From assembly GCF_006345805.1 (NCBI RefSeq), contig NC_043011.1, forward strand, positions 61,826,464 through 61,890,463: a DNA stretch of 64,000 bases, read 5' to 3'. Below the pieces are notes generated by a model. That model worked only from the letters and a program-made list of their open reading frames with translations. It was not told where the DNA came from and ran no database searches. Source of the DNA: Octopus sinensis (Eukaryota). Both the position numbers and the translations under genes were made by a program. Below are positions 13,089-27,363 of the stretch, in pieces. Position 1 is the stretch's first letter, and every line of letters begins with the position of its first letter.

Positions 13089-14738
13089 AGGGATTAACTG
13101 AGTCCATGTCTGTAATTAACAACTTCTTATTGTATTCCACCCGTTATATTTACCCAGATGGTCAGGAAAGAAAGTGAGATTGTTTTCTTAATGTCTCCAT
13201 TGTGTAATCGGTGAAGTTATTTTTTTCTTTTACTTCCGTTTCCGGTTCACAAAACAAACAGTTAACGGCGAACATTAAGTTGTTTTTCTTTTAATTTTTG
13301 CTTTTACTTTTTTATTTTATTTTTTTTTATGTATTACTCTTATCGGAATTAAAGGGAGTGATTGTTGTAAAAATAGATTCTCGACTGAATCAATTTTTTT
13401 TAGTTTTTTGTCTTTTCACCTTGCAATATTAAAAGGAATTCATATGTGTGAGTGCTTTGCGTTCAGTCCCACAGCGCAGAATCTCGGGCAAGTGTCTTTT
13501 ACAACAGCAGCCTGGCCGCCCAATGAATTCTGTATATTTTATATATTCGATATTTATTTTGTTTGTATATTTACATTCATATTCGCACCCACTACCTGTG
13601 TCGTGTTTGTCTTCGTTACTTTCCTTAACATTCGGCCATTATTCCCAGCAGCTTTTCGCTGATGACGCCATCAAAAATGAACAATATCATTGTTAAAGGC
13701 GTGAAATTGTAACGGTGTTTTGGACAATAACTGACGAGGAAAGGCATGCCCATGTCTTGTGTGTGAATCTTTCGTTTCTTCCATTGTCCTTCATATATAT
13801 ATATCCCCTCTCTCTCTGTCCCTTCCTTCCCCTATTCTCGCTCTCTCTCTCTCCCTCTCTCTCATCCTCCTTTCCGTATATCTGCTTCCCACACCTTTTC
13901 GCCACCGGACGCCTAGCGTGCTGGTCAACTTTTTCTCCTCTCTTACTATTTCCCTTTCTATATCCATTGAGGATTTCTTCCACGCGTTAATCCAACACTG
14001 TCGTGTTTTGGCCAAAAAGCTGTATTTTGCTGTCTTCCGCAATCATTTCAAATTACATTTGTTTACTTTCGTACGTCTCTCTAAAGGAGATTAATCAGCG
14101 ACAGCTTTAGTCTTAATATTTATAGACTACATATTAGTATGGCGATAACTATAATATCCAGTAACGCTGCCGTAATCTCCTTTAGAGAAAACTTAGTATT
14201 TTAATATTCATTATTTAAAACAAGTGGATGTATCCACTGTAACTAGATAAATAAAAATCTTCGAACAGGACGGTCAGTAAGCGACACCTGCGGGTCTGAC
14301 TACGCTGCAATGATAAAGGGCACAACAACCCTGAAACATGTCTGCAGATGTCTGACTAGCAAGGTGAAGCGGCTGACCTCCCCCGGTTCGAAGGTTTGTA
14401 ATGGACGCAGGTTCGTGTGTCAAATAGCTAACTAGAGGCGATGGTACATTGTAACGAAAATGCACATTGTAAATAAAAAAAGGCTTTTTATGAAAGGTAA
14501 CGACAAATATATGCATTTAGATGGATTGAGGTAGTAACAAAAGTCATAAAAGTCATTATTATGAGATGATTATAAAGATTATTATGAGATGGTTTCCGCA
14601 AAGCTATTCATTACTTTGTATACCTATTATCTTAAGGAAATCAACTCCCACAAAATATTAGATATTGAACCAGTATTTCCATGGATGATACCATCCCTTC
14701 ATGGGACTAACATACCTTCTAATCGAATATATATATAT

Positions 14739-14821
<83 letters not shown>

Positions 14822-14975
14822 AAGCGAGAGTCAGGTAGACAGAAAATTGAGAAGACTAGCTGGAAAGTTAGCAACGGAATGGACTCCGCTAAAGACACTC
14901 AGTAATGTAAAATAGCGGTTAGAAAATTACGATTTTGAAATCTCACAACATGAGATATTCAGCAATGGTGCTTTG

Positions 14976-15213
14976 TAGTAAAGATTGTTTGCCAACATAA
15001 CATGGCAGTCCTGGTTTAGGACGAATGTTGCTGTAATTTAGCCCCATCTGGCTATACGTCATGTTCTGTGTCCTTATATTCCTTTGTTTCCAAGATTCCT
15101 TGTTCGAAAATATAAGGACACGAGTCGTGTCATATAGCCAGCTGGGGCTAAATTACAGCAACATTCGTCCTAAACCAAGACTGCCATGTTATGTTGGCAA
15201 ACAATCTTTACTA
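14976..15213. repeat. Inverted pair of a dispersed repeat (arms about 85-110 bp)
   Basis: TAGTAAAGATTGTTTGCCAACATAACATGGCAGTC... and its reverse complement. Related single copies lie at about 58815-58990 and 59175-59280. Confidence 0.85.
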
Positions 15214-15491
15214 TGAAGTAGCGGTGTTTACCAGGACAATGCGTCCATCATCCTAGAATAGATGCAATTCTTCTCTTATCTAATTATGCAACTATCAATG
15301 CTTTGGTCAGCCAAACAAAAGTTTCTTGATGTCAGATCGAACACGGAACCACGTAATTGCGTGAGCAAACACTGGTACCCGTTGAGCCTCATTTCTAAAA
15401 TGAAAGTATCGTGTCGCAGAGTTCAAAGGATTTAATACATAAAAATACTTTCTACCCTCGGACTTAGAAGCCAGATTTTTTTAAAATATAA

Positions 15492-15574
<83 letters not shown>

Positions 15575-16071
15575 ATGATATATATATAATATGATATTGT
15601 ATTTATGAAGACGTCTATTTTCAGAACGCTATGGTGAAACAAATATTCTATTATGTAACATGAAGATAAGCTCGAATGGAATAGAGTACGGAATTCTCAG
15701 AAGCGAGAGATAGGCTGAAAAGAAAACACGAAGCCGGCACATTTAATTCCATGCATATATTAGTAGTAATTGTAGTGATGGTGGTGGTGTTGGTGGTAGT
15801 GGTGGTAGTAGTAGTAGTAGTTCATATCGCATTTGTTGAACAAAAGTGTCTTTGGTTGTGTATATAGACGCATAAATGCATATAGATATATACATATGTA
15901 TATTGTATGTATGTGTATGTATATATATATATATATATACACACACATTCATGTATATATTTGTGCGTGTGTATGTATATATAATATATATATTTATATA
16001 TATATATTTATATATATATACATATATATACATATATATAAATGTAAATATATATATATATACATACATAC

Positions 16072-16105
<34 letters not shown>

Positions 16106-16279
16106 ATACATATATATGAATGTATATATAGTATATAAATACATATTATTCTTTGTAAGCCTAGTACTTATTCTAACGGTGTTTTTTGCCGACCTGCTAA
16201 GTTACGGGGACGTAAACACACCAGCATCGGTTGTCATGCGATGTTGTGGAGGGGTACAAACACACACACATACACATAC

Positions 16280-16359
<80 letters not shown>

Positions 16360-16409
16360 GGATGCATACATATATATATATGTGCATATATAGATATATA
16401 TATATATAT

Positions 16410-16735
16410 ATTCTTTTGACCTGTTACTTGTTTCAGACATTAGACTGCGGCCACGCTGGGGCACCGCCTTTAGCTGAAAGGTTACGGGGATATAAACACA
16501 CCAACACCTGTTATGAAGCGGCCGTGGGCGGGGGGGGGGGACAGACACGCAGATATACACATATACAGGTATTTATACACGACGGGCTTCTTACAGTTTC
16601 CGTCTACTAAATCCACTCAGAAGGCTTTGGTGGGCTCGAATCTATTGTAGAAAATATATTTGCCCAAGGTGTTACGCAGTGGGATCGAACCCGGAACCAT
16701 GTGGTTGGGAATCAACCTTCTTACCACACGGCCAC
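16410..16735 (-). mobile_element. SINE family A
   Basis: Tail, body and head homologous to 55788-56196. Confidence 0.75.
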
Positions 16736-17144
16736 AAATAGATATATTTTCGGAACTCATTTAGATTGCGCTATCTTTTCTTCATTTTATAATTAGAATT
16801 CGAAGCACCTCCTTCGCCATCTTTCACTCTCTTTCTCTCTTTATGTGTGTGCATTTGAGCATGTGAGTAAATGTGTGTGTGTATGTGATGAGTGCTGCAT
16901 GTGTGTATGCGCTGCGTGTGCATGTGTGATATTTTCTCTGTGTGTTAGTGTGTGTGTGTGTGTGTGTGTGGATGGGGGTGTTTGTGTGTGTGTGTGTGAT
17001 CACTAGCACGAAAGTTGTATGGAAATGAAAGGGAAGAGGGAAGTACTCACCATAAAATTTAGAGATATTTATAGGAACATCATTTACATTATTTACATTA
17101 TTTACATTATTTACATTTGACGGATCTTCATCTTATTTCTTGTT

Positions 17145-17190
17145 AACACAACGTTTCGGCTGATATACCCTCCAGCCTTCATCAGATGTC
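17145..17190 (-). ncRNA. Minimal type I hammerhead ribozyme, intact core (HHR family 1, PLE-type)
   Basis: GACAU CUGAUGA A GGCUG gaggguauau CAGCC GAAAC GUU GUGUU: canonical core, 5-bp helix II, loopless palindromic helix III (ACGU), 5-bp helix I. Confidence 0.75.
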
Positions 17191-17255
17191 TTGAGGAAAT
17201 TTCAAATCTGAGTTCGCATTCTTAAGGTATTTTTCGATGTTATTATCATTATCAA

Positions 17256-17321
<66 letters not shown>

Positions 17322-17329
17322 CATCATCA

Positions 17330-17393
<64 letters not shown>

Positions 17394-17411
17394 CATTATT
17401 ATTATTATTAA

Positions 17412-17484
17412 GTGAGAGAGCAGTGCATGCCATCAAAGTGACACTGGGGTAAAAATATACGAAGCCCAGTATACCCATCATGAC
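17412..17484 (-). mobile_element. 3' end fragment of the (AAT)n-associated element, embedded in (ATT)n
   Basis: Reverse complement of the 12535-12610 end, with (ATT)n on both sides. Confidence 0.7.
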
Positions 17485-17806
17485 TTATTATTATTATTAT
17501 CATTATCATTATTATTATTCAGGTCACCGCCTGAAATCGATCTCGGAATCTTGGGGTTCGTAGCCCGCGCTCTTAACCACATCTCTTAAATGTTTATAGG
17601 AAATTGAAAACTTCATCAGCTGTTAAATCATTCCAGCGAGTAATATGTGCGAGTGAGTGAGTGAGTGAGTGTATGAGTGAGTGTATGTGTATATGTGTAT
17701 GCATGCGTATATATATCTATATATACATTCATATATATACACACATGCATACATGCATACATATACATATTTATATATATATATGCATGTAAATATATAA
17801 ATATTA

Positions 17807-17839
<33 letters not shown>

Positions 17840-17904
17840 CGTATGTGTACATATACATGAATGTATATAAATATACATACATACAGATGTAGATACACAT
17901 ATCT

Positions 17905-18328
17905 GGCTGTGTTGTAAGAAGCTTCCTTCTCGACCATATGGTTCCGGGTTCAGTCCCATGCATGGTACCTTGTGCAAGTGCTTCTACTATAACCTCGGGC
18001 TGACAAAACCTGTGAGTGAATTTGGTAGGCGGAAACTAAAAGAAGCCTGTCGTATATATATATGTGCGCGTGTGTGCGTGTTTGTGTGTGTTTGTGTGTG
18101 TTTGTGGTGTGTATGTATATATTTGTATGTTTGTGGTCGTTGTTCGTCCCTCTGCCATCGTTTGTCAACCGATGTTGGTGTGTCCCCGTAAATTAGCGGT
18201 TCGGCAAAAGAGTTCGATAGAATAAGTACTCGGCTCACAAAAATTAAGTCCTGGGGTTGAATTGTTCGACTAAAGGTGGTGCTCCAGGATGGCCGCAGTA
18301 AAATGACTGAAATAAGTAAAAGAAAAAA
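17905..18328 (+). mobile_element. SINE family A
   Basis: Head GGCTGTGTTGTAAG...GGTTCAGTCCC through to the GACTGAAATAAGTAAAAG tail. Confidence 0.85.
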
Positions 18329-18912
18329 ATGAAATATAAATACATAAATATACATACATAATTACATATATATGTGTGTGTGTATGTGTATATATATATA
18401 TATAACATGTGTGTATATGTATATATATATATATACATGTATATATATATATACATATATAAATACCTAAATACATACATAACATACATACATACATACA
18501 TATATACATATATAAATACCTAAATACATACATAACATACATACATACATACATACAACATACATACATTCATACATACATATATATACAAACGCAAAAT
18601 TCTGGGTTACATCAGCATGTGCTAAACATTACAGTTTTCCATATGTAGGTCTTGAACCGTTTCTACGAATAGGAAAGCTTATTTCGTTGCCATCGAATAC
18701 TCCTCAGCTTCGCAATTCATGCCAATTTAACCCAGGAAGTGATATTAAATGAATTTAAAAATATCACTTTAACTTCCATCTCCTTCAACAACCAAAACAG
18801 CGAAAATATTCAAATCATCATCATCATTATCATCATCATCGTCGTCGTCGTCGTCATCATCATCATCATCATCGTCGTCCTCTTCATTATTATTTTTTTT
18901 CTTTTTATCATA

Positions 18913-19343
18913 GGCGCAGGAGTGGCTGTGTGGTAAGTAGCTTGTCTACCAGCCACATGGTTCCGGGTTCAGTCTCACTGCGTGGCACCTTGGGCAAGTG
19001 TCTTCTACTCTAGCCTCAGGCCAACCAAAGCCTTGTGAGTGGATTTGGTAGACGGAAACTGAAAGAAGCCTGTCGTATATATGTATATATATATATATAT
19101 ATATAATATATATATATATGCGTGTTTGTGGTTTGTGTGTCTGTGTTTGTCTCCTAGCTTGCTTGACAACCAATGCTGGTGTGTTTTATGTCCCGTTACT
19201 TAGCGGTTCGGCAAAAGAGACCGATAGAATAAGTACTGGGCTTACAAAAGAATAAGTCCCGGGTCGAGTTGCTCGATTAAAGGCGGTGCTCCAGCATGGC
19301 CGCAGTAAAATGACTGAAACAAGTAAAAGAGTAAAAGAGTAAA
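18913..19343 (+). mobile_element. SINE family A, full length
   Basis: GGCGCAGGAGTGGCTGTGTGGTAAG head, B-box-like GGTTCAGTCTC, tail ending in GAGTAAAA-type repeats. Confidence 0.9.
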
Positions 19344-19379
19344 GCGTAGATTTTGTTAGAGCTCCTAGAGTTTTGCATG

Positions 19380-19600
19380 CATGGCGGGTTTACTACCCGC
19401 AGCCTACGATACCATGATATTCGCCCTTTCCAGCTCCCTAATACTTTCCAGAAAATTTTGGCCTGACTATTCTGACCTTTTGTTATAGTTCTACTGGGCA
19501 CTCCCTTCCAATTTCCTTCATATTCCTCTTAATACCTTCTGATACTGTTCCCAGGGGCCCAACAATAATTTGCACTCTCTTCACCTTCGACGTTTTCGAG
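19380..19600 (-). pseudogene. R4/Dong-type non-LTR retrotransposon, C-terminal relic
   Basis: Minus translation KVKRVQIIVGPLGTVSEGIKRNMKEIGRECPVEL*QK resembles the IIVGALG...ELLQK C-terminus of restriction-like-endonuclease (RLE) elements. Confidence 0.6.
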
Positions 19601-20153
19601 ACGAACTTTGTGTAAAAAAAAATTATTTATTTTGTGTTTTATTTACTTTGCTAGGTAGCCATTTTAGGATCGACAAGTCACGACTAACTAGCGCGGATGC
19701 GCGAGTACGCGAATGCGCGCACCGGGACCATTGTTGTTGTTGTTATCGTCATTATTCTTATTAAGGTAACGAGCTGGTGCCTAGCGGTATTTCGTCCCTC
19801 TTTTCGTTCTGAGGTCAAATGCAGCCGAAATCGACCTTGCTTTACATCGTTTCCGGATCGATAAAATAACAGCTGTTGAGCAGTGGAGCCGATGTAGTCA
19901 ACTGGACCCACTCCGTCAAATTGCAGACCCCGTCCTTAGAGAATAAAGGATTATTATTCCCGTTATTATTTAAGCTGCGAACTGGTCTACCTGTTAGCAT
20001 GCCGGACCACATAAGTAGTGGCGTTTTTTCCGGTTCTTTACGTTTTGATCTCAAATAACACCGATGTGAGTCTGTGTAAATATGTGTGTGTGTGTGTGTA
20101 AATATGTGTGTATGTGTGTGTGTGTGTGTAAATGTGTGTGTGTGTGTGTGTAA

Positions 20154-20201
<48 letters not shown>

Positions 20202-21079
20202 GTGTGTGTGTGTGTGTGTGTGTGTGAAGTTTACTTTCGGTTTAAACGGTAAATTGGTTCCTTTAATCATAGTGTGTGTGTGTGTGTGTGTGTGTGCCAT
20301 ATTTGTTTGTGTATGTATAGTATGTGTGTGAGAGTGTCTTTCCGATTGTGTGTGCATGTGTGTGCAGCAGATTGTTAGTACGAGTATGTATTCGTGCTGA
20401 CAATTTGATAAGATAGTCAACAGATTCAATATCAAATTTCCTAATTATCCTACAGCAACTTTAATTATATTACTTACAGTAAATAATGTTGCCGAAGTCG
20501 TCATCATCATCATCATCATCGCATCATCATCATCATCATCATCAACAACGTCATCATCATCATCATCATCATCGTCGTCGTCATCATCATCATCATCATC
20601 AAGGCCGCGAGTTGGCAAAATCGCTAGCACGCTGAGCAGAAATGCTAAGCGGCATTTCATACGTCTTTACGTTCTGAGTTCAAATTCCCCGAGGTTGACT
20701 TTGCCGTTCATCCTTTTTCGGATCGATAAAATAAGTACCAGCAAAACACTGGCGTCGATGTAATTGATTTCTCTTTCTCTAAAATTTGCTGGCCTTGTGC
20801 CAAAGTTTTTAACCAGTGTGTCTTAATTGGTTGCTATGGTGATAGGGATCAAGCGCACCGTTTGATATTTATGTAAAATGTGAAACCATTGACAATATGT
20901 ACGACCTTTAAAGAGAGATCAATCGGTCGGATGCAAGCAGCATTTGTGGTATTTCTTCGGCAGATAACCACAAGCAGTGAGGACAGTTGACCTCGGTTCT
21001 ATCTTGGAATTGCAAAACCAGATAAGACCGAGTTTGATCTAGTTTCTTTTGGGCCACTTACTGGTTGAAGTACACATAG

Positions 21080-21700
21080 AACAGGCGAGATAGAGATGTG
21101 GGGGTAGAAAGAAAGAAAGAAAGAGAGAGAGAAAGAGAGAGGAAGAAATGAATAGGTGGGTGGGTAGGGACGGGAAGGAGAAGAACCTGAAGGGAGAATA
21201 TGTTGGGGGTGGGGGGTGGAGCGTAAAGGATGGCGAGGAAGTTCAATAAATGGAGATGATAAGAAAGGGCATTTAGAGGAGAGATACGGAAGTGGGACAT
21301 AGTTGGAGAGGATAAGGATATAGAAAGAGGCAGAGAGAGAGAGAGAGAGAGGGGGGAGACGGCGAGAGAGGGGGAGTGAGAATGAAAGAAAAGTGTAAGA
21401 CGGTGAAGAATATAAGGAAGAAATAGAAAACGGTGGAAGGTGAAAGTGGGAGGAAATTGGAAATGGAAGAAGAAGAAGAAGAAGAAGAAGAAGAAGAAGA
21501 AGAAGAAGAGGAGGAGGAGGAGGAGGAAAGAGAAGGAGAAGGAGGAGGAGGCAGAAGAAGAAGGAGAAGAAGAAGAGGAGGAGGAGGAGGTAAAGAAGAA
21601 GAAGAAGATGATGATGAGAGACACAAATAGTGAAGAAAGATCCGAGTGGTCTGAAAAGTGAGATGAATGAGGGATGGAGTGGAGGGAGATGTGGCAAAGA
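21080..21700 (+). repeat. Polypurine low-complexity tract (GA, GAA, GGA repeats)
   Basis: About 620 bp that is overwhelmingly A/G on the plus strand. Confidence 0.9.
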
Positions 21701-22069
21701 GAGCTATGACGTCATAGATTGGAGGCACACAATCGCACTCATACAATTACATACGCACACTTATACGAGATAAACGGAAAAAAGAGGTTCTCAACCCCTC
21801 TAGTAGGAATTACATATACTACTACTACTACTACTACTATCAGTATTATTATCCTTAAGGCTGTGAGCTGGCAGAATCGTTAGCACGCCGGGCGAAGAGC
21901 CTAGTAATATTTCGTCTGTCGCTACATTCCGAGTTCATATTCCATCGAGGTCGAATTTGCCTTTCATCCTCACGGGGTCTATAAATTAAGTACCAGGAAA
22001 ACACTGGGGTCGATATGATCGACTAGTACCCTCCCATAAATTCCAAGCCTTTTGCTTATAATAGGAAGG

Positions 22070-22131
<62 letters not shown>

Positions 22132-22324
22132 CATCATCATCATCATCATCAACAACAACATCATACGAGGGAACAAGGAATGCCTTGGTGTAATGATAGA
22201 GCGTCTGGCATCAGTTCCGAGAAGATTCGGGTTCAAATCTCACAAGCAGCGTTCAGTCGTTTTCCATCTTTATTAAACCAATAATCAACTCGAACCCTCG
22301 TCGTCGTAACCGACGGAGTGCTAC

Positions 22325-22376
<52 letters not shown>

Positions 22377-23499
22377 TGAATACATTTACAAATATATGTA
22401 CTTGGTTATTTATAGGCAATCTTATGGACACACATAGATAAATACAAACATGCATATTCCTACGCGTACATACATGTATACATGTGAGTATGTATATTTA
22501 TACCGATAAAATCCCAGCGTAATTCAATGCTGTTATTCGTTCACTAATTTAGTACACGACAAGCGACCATGTCACAAAAGAAATTGTTAGCCGTTAGCTA
22601 TCGACACAAACAGCATTCAGTAAACCCCATCATTCAATAACACAACAGTTCATATCGTTTGTTAGTTTTTAGTTCCATGTGGTTGTTGTTTCTTTTGTTT
22701 GCTTGTTTTTATAATTCTAACTATTGAATGCTACTAGCGTGTTATAAAGTTACAGTATGGCAACAGCAGGAAGCGAATCAATGAACAGATCAATATCCTC
22801 GAATAGTTAATTAACTGTATCTCTTTTATTACTGTCTTTATTCTCAAGCAAATAATTAATATTTAAAAATATATAATATTATAATTGGAATTTTCATTAG
22901 CAAAAATTGGGAAATGGTCTCCCTTGTGTTTGAAATGATCTCCCTTGCATTTTTTACCAGAATTGTTCCATCTCACCTCGAGTGATAATTATTTCAAATT
23001 TATATACTTATTCCATTAAATATGTTAACACTGATCTTACTATTCGCTTTTTATGCAGGCCATGCCCCTAGGTATATTTCACACCCCCTCTTTATTTCAG
23101 TTCTCCCCCTCCCCATATGCTACATAACAACTTTCAGTTTATTTGGCAATACTACTAAACAGTGTGCTTCGCTAAGGAGGTCGAATAAAACTAAAACATG
23201 TCCAGAGTTATCACTACACTGCTTTGATTAAACTTACTTCCCACTTTGTTACACACATTCATTATTATAATTAATTTTAATAAATTAAAATGCTGAGATT
23301 GTCTCCCTTTCCTGCCTTTGCTAGAATTTAAGATATTTATTATTTCTTCGCATTACAGATGTGATTTAATGTTGTTATTCATCAAATCATTCCACCGAGG
23401 TCGACTTTCCTTTCATCCATTCGGAGTCGATAAATTAAGTACCAGGGGTACTTAACCAAGACTTTCTCCTACCCCAAAATTTCAGGCGTTATGCCTACA

Positions 23500-23800
23500 A
23501 TCACGTGATCACGTGACCGACCAGGATATCTGATGTTGCTACACATCGCTGGTCACAATGTGCTTTACATTGTTGTAGCCTTCAAATGACGCCACCCCAC
23601 TGGCTAAGCGAGCAGGCCAACAGAAGAAAGAGTGAAAGTTGTGGCGAAAGAGTACAGCAGGGATCGCCACCACCTCCTGCCGGAGACCCGTGGAGCTTTA
23701 AGTGTTTTCGCTCAATAAACACTCACAACGCCCGGTCTGGGAATCGAAATCGCGATCCTACGACCGCGAGTCTGCTGCCCTAACCACTGGGTCATTGCAC
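23500..23800 (-). mobile_element. tRNA-Arg-like SINE (family D); second copy at about 49180-49335
   Basis: Minus head GGAGGTGCAATGACCCAGTGGTTAGGGCAGCAGACTCGCGGTCGTAGGATCGCGATTTCGATTCCC has A/B-box-like motifs and TCG at the anticodon position. Confidence 0.7.
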
Positions 23801-24729
23801 CTCCACATGCCTACAGTAGAAAGGATTATTGATCAGATCGTCTTGGCTTTTCTATATCGGACAGGCTTTTCTTTCATTTTTACATGACATTTATTTTGCT
23901 GTGTCCTTGTAACCGATAAGAGGTTATCATCATTGAACGGTAATGGAGACGAACGCCGTAGAAAACCACTGGTCGTTGAAGATTACATCGTCCAAATATC
24001 AACAACAAAGGGACCACAACTCAGTTGGTGTCGTAGTCGTCTCGATTTGGCAAGGGTTCAAGATGCTCCCCGACAATTTCGAAGGCCCTGTTCCTAAAAA
24101 ATGATCAGAGCAGGAAGCGGTCAGAACCATGGAAGAACCATAAACCAAATTAAGCGATGCATTCTCACTTCTATATCATAGGACAGCCCCTTATTTGTTT
24201 ATTTCGGCACTAAATTCCTAATAAGACTCCAAAATTATTATTATTGTTGTTGTTGTTGTTGTTGTTATTATTATTATTTTATGTTTGACATTTGCTTTGC
24301 ATTTGTACAAGTTGGCTCCAAGTCTCATCCACAGACCTCGACAGACAAGTTAGAAGTTCATGTTGGTGTGGTGCCTAGGGTGCAATATATATTTGGTTTT
24401 GTACATAGTGTTGTTCTAGAGAATGTTTAAGAAAGCATAACATAATTGTGTTTGTTTTAAAAATTGAGATTACATAGACTGTATTTTACGTAGGATATGG
24501 ACAGTTCCCATGAGCACTATCTCTTAAATTTCTGCAATTTGGGTGTTTCCTGGTATCTGAGCTAGGTAGCAATCAGTCCCTTTTGCTATCATTCCTAAGG
24601 CACCTATGACAACAGGTATTGCTGATTTCTATTTCAAGATCTTTATATTTGCTCAGTTTTTGGGAGGTCTTGACAGATACGTTTATATCGATTGGGACAG
24701 TCATATCAATGAGAAGGCATGATTTTTGT

Positions 24730-24793
<64 letters not shown>

Positions 24794-24794
24794 C

Positions 24795-24832
<38 letters not shown>

Positions 24833-25321
24833 CAGCAGCGGCAGCAATGGTGATGACAGTAGCTGTGGCAATTTCTGTAGAAGACGAAGGAAAGAAAGAA
24901 AGAAAGAAAGAAAGAAGCGAACAAAGAATATGGTAAGAAAGAGATCCAGATATCAGCTATTAGATTTGTAAGACTGTTGTTTATGATGTTGTCGTAATTA
25001 GCTGAAACAAGCTGAAGTAATCAAATCCGTTTCGGCCTCAGGTCGTGAAGCAACCGAGAAAGCCGCAGACGTAAATCTTGGCGTTAACCCTGATCTTGTG
25101 TTTCGTTACAAATACTACAAAACTAAGATCAGCCAATAAACGTTTTATGATTCCACCATTAAAAAAAGAAAAAAAAAAACAAAGAAAATATTATTTTTAC
25201 CTTTAAAACCTATTTGTTATATCAGTAACGGAGGGAGGAGGGCGTTTTCTTTCGTGGTGGTAGGAGGAGGGTTAATCTTATTGACAGAAACCAATATGGC
25301 CTCCTTATAAATGTCGTACTA

Positions 25322-25356
<35 letters not shown>

Positions 25357-25591
25357 ACCGTATGCACACACAGACACGCACATATATGTAAAAATGTGTG
25401 TGTATGTGTATATGTGTGAGCGTGTAGGTTTGTGTGTGTGGGCGGGGTGGGGGTTGTTGTTGTGGACGGTTAATCATACGTCTGTATGCATGTACATATG
25501 TAATACATATATATGTGTGTGATATATATATATTACATGATGAATGTATGTGTTTCATATATATATATACATATATATTATATATATATAT

Positions 25592-25701
<110 letters not shown>

Positions 25702-25883
25702 ATGTATATATGTATATATATATGTACGTGTATTGTATATGTATATGTATATGTATATATATGCATATGTATGTAAGTATGTGTGTGTGGATGTATGTAT
25801 GTAAATGAAAATGAGATGACAAAGAAAAGAATAAACGATTATCTATCTTATGAAATTCATTACCTTACACATAAAATATTCGA

Positions 25884-25964
25884 GGCTCTGATGAAGCTTT
25901 AACATGTTACTCAGGCACTCAGCTATGAGACCACTGCATCCCATAGCAGAAACAGCTGTAAGCT
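25884..25964 (+). ncRNA. Degenerate type I hammerhead with extended helix II
   Basis: GGCU CUGAUGA (25888-25894) ... GCUAUG/CAUAGC hairpin ... GAAAC AGCU GUA AGCU. Base of helix II is imperfect. Confidence 0.45.
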
Positions 25965-26343
25965 AGTGAGGTTCTTAAGACAATCGTTTCTTTCTTAGTC
26001 ATCTAATTTTCTTTTTACGGCTCTCTAGTCGAGTAAGGCTTCGTTGTGAAGCATATATTGAGTTCTACACCAAGTTATTAGTCTCGCAGTGAACAATGCC
26101 TACGCGATATGTATGCATGTACGTATGTATGTATGTATGTATGTATGTATGTATGTATGTATGTATGTATGTATGATGTATGTATGAGTATGTGTGTGCG
26201 TATATATATGAATATATGTATATATATATTATATATGTATGTTTATATATATGTATTATATGTATGCCATATATATGTGAGTGTGTATGTATGCATATAT
26301 ATATTATATGTATATATATATATATATCTATATGTATATAATA

Positions 26344-26374
<31 letters not shown>

Positions 26375-26972
26375 CATGCATATATAGATACGCATACACA
26401 TACATATATGTATAGACAGATAGAGAGAGATATATATTAATACTGACACTACACAAACGCCAACACATCACACGCATAGTTACGTATATATATATATGTG
26501 TATATATATCTATATATAGAAAGAGAGAGAGAGAGAGAGAGGAGAGAAATAGATAGATAGATAGAAGAAATAGATAGATAGACAGATAGATAGAAGATAG
26601 ATAGATAGATAGATAGATAGATAAGATAGATAGATAGAAGATATTAGATAGATGATAGATAGATAGATATATATAGTAGGTAGGGGTAGATAGATGATAT
26701 AAACAACACAAAAACACATATATACATACACACACACACACACACACAACAGGCACATATATATATATATATACAGATATTGATACACGTGTACATCAGC
26801 GATTGATCTGGTGTGATAGGTAAAACGGGGGAGAGACAGAGAGAAGGGATGTTTCTTTGCAGTGCAATTAGAAACATACGACTTGGACGAGGCGAAGGCA
26901 TAAGTCTAAGGAGATGAGTGGTGTGCACTGGAAGTATTCAGATAGATTTCATCACTGCACCAACCAGCATAC

Positions 26973-27004
<32 letters not shown>

Positions 27005-27306
27005 ACGTATATGCATATACATGTGTGTATAGGTGTGTATACATATATAAATATATGTGTATGTGTGTATGTATATACATATATATATACACACACATAT
27101 ATATATGTAGACTTATCTATCTATATATATACTTATATATGTATGTATATATATATATGCATGTACACATAGTTATGTATATATAGATAGAAACATACAT
27201 ATAATATATATATATATATATGTGTATCTGTATGCATATGTACATATACATGTATATCTCTACGTATTTATATATATAAATGTGTAGTATTTGTATACAT
27301 ACATAC

Positions 27307-27363
<57 letters not shown>

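Noticed and set aside
15305-15400. Minus-strand possible terminal exon MRLNGYQCLLTQLRGSVFRSDIKKLLFG*
   Set aside because: The resemblance to a GPCR helix 8 is superficial, with no NPxxY-like motif and no linked exons.
23501-23516. Double E-box TCACGTGATCACGTGA
   Set aside because: It lies at the end of a SINE family D copy, with no evidence of promoter context.
23920-24105. Short open frames on both strands
   Set aside because: Several equally plausible frames, none recognisable and none with a convincing donor.
24990-25130. Open frame LKQAEVIKSVSASGREATEKAADV...
   Set aside because: Weak acceptor, an equally open antisense frame, and no recognised homology.
25290-25315. CCAAT plus TATAAA as a promoter
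   Set aside because: Short motifs are expected by chance in AT-rich DNA, and only microsatellite follows.
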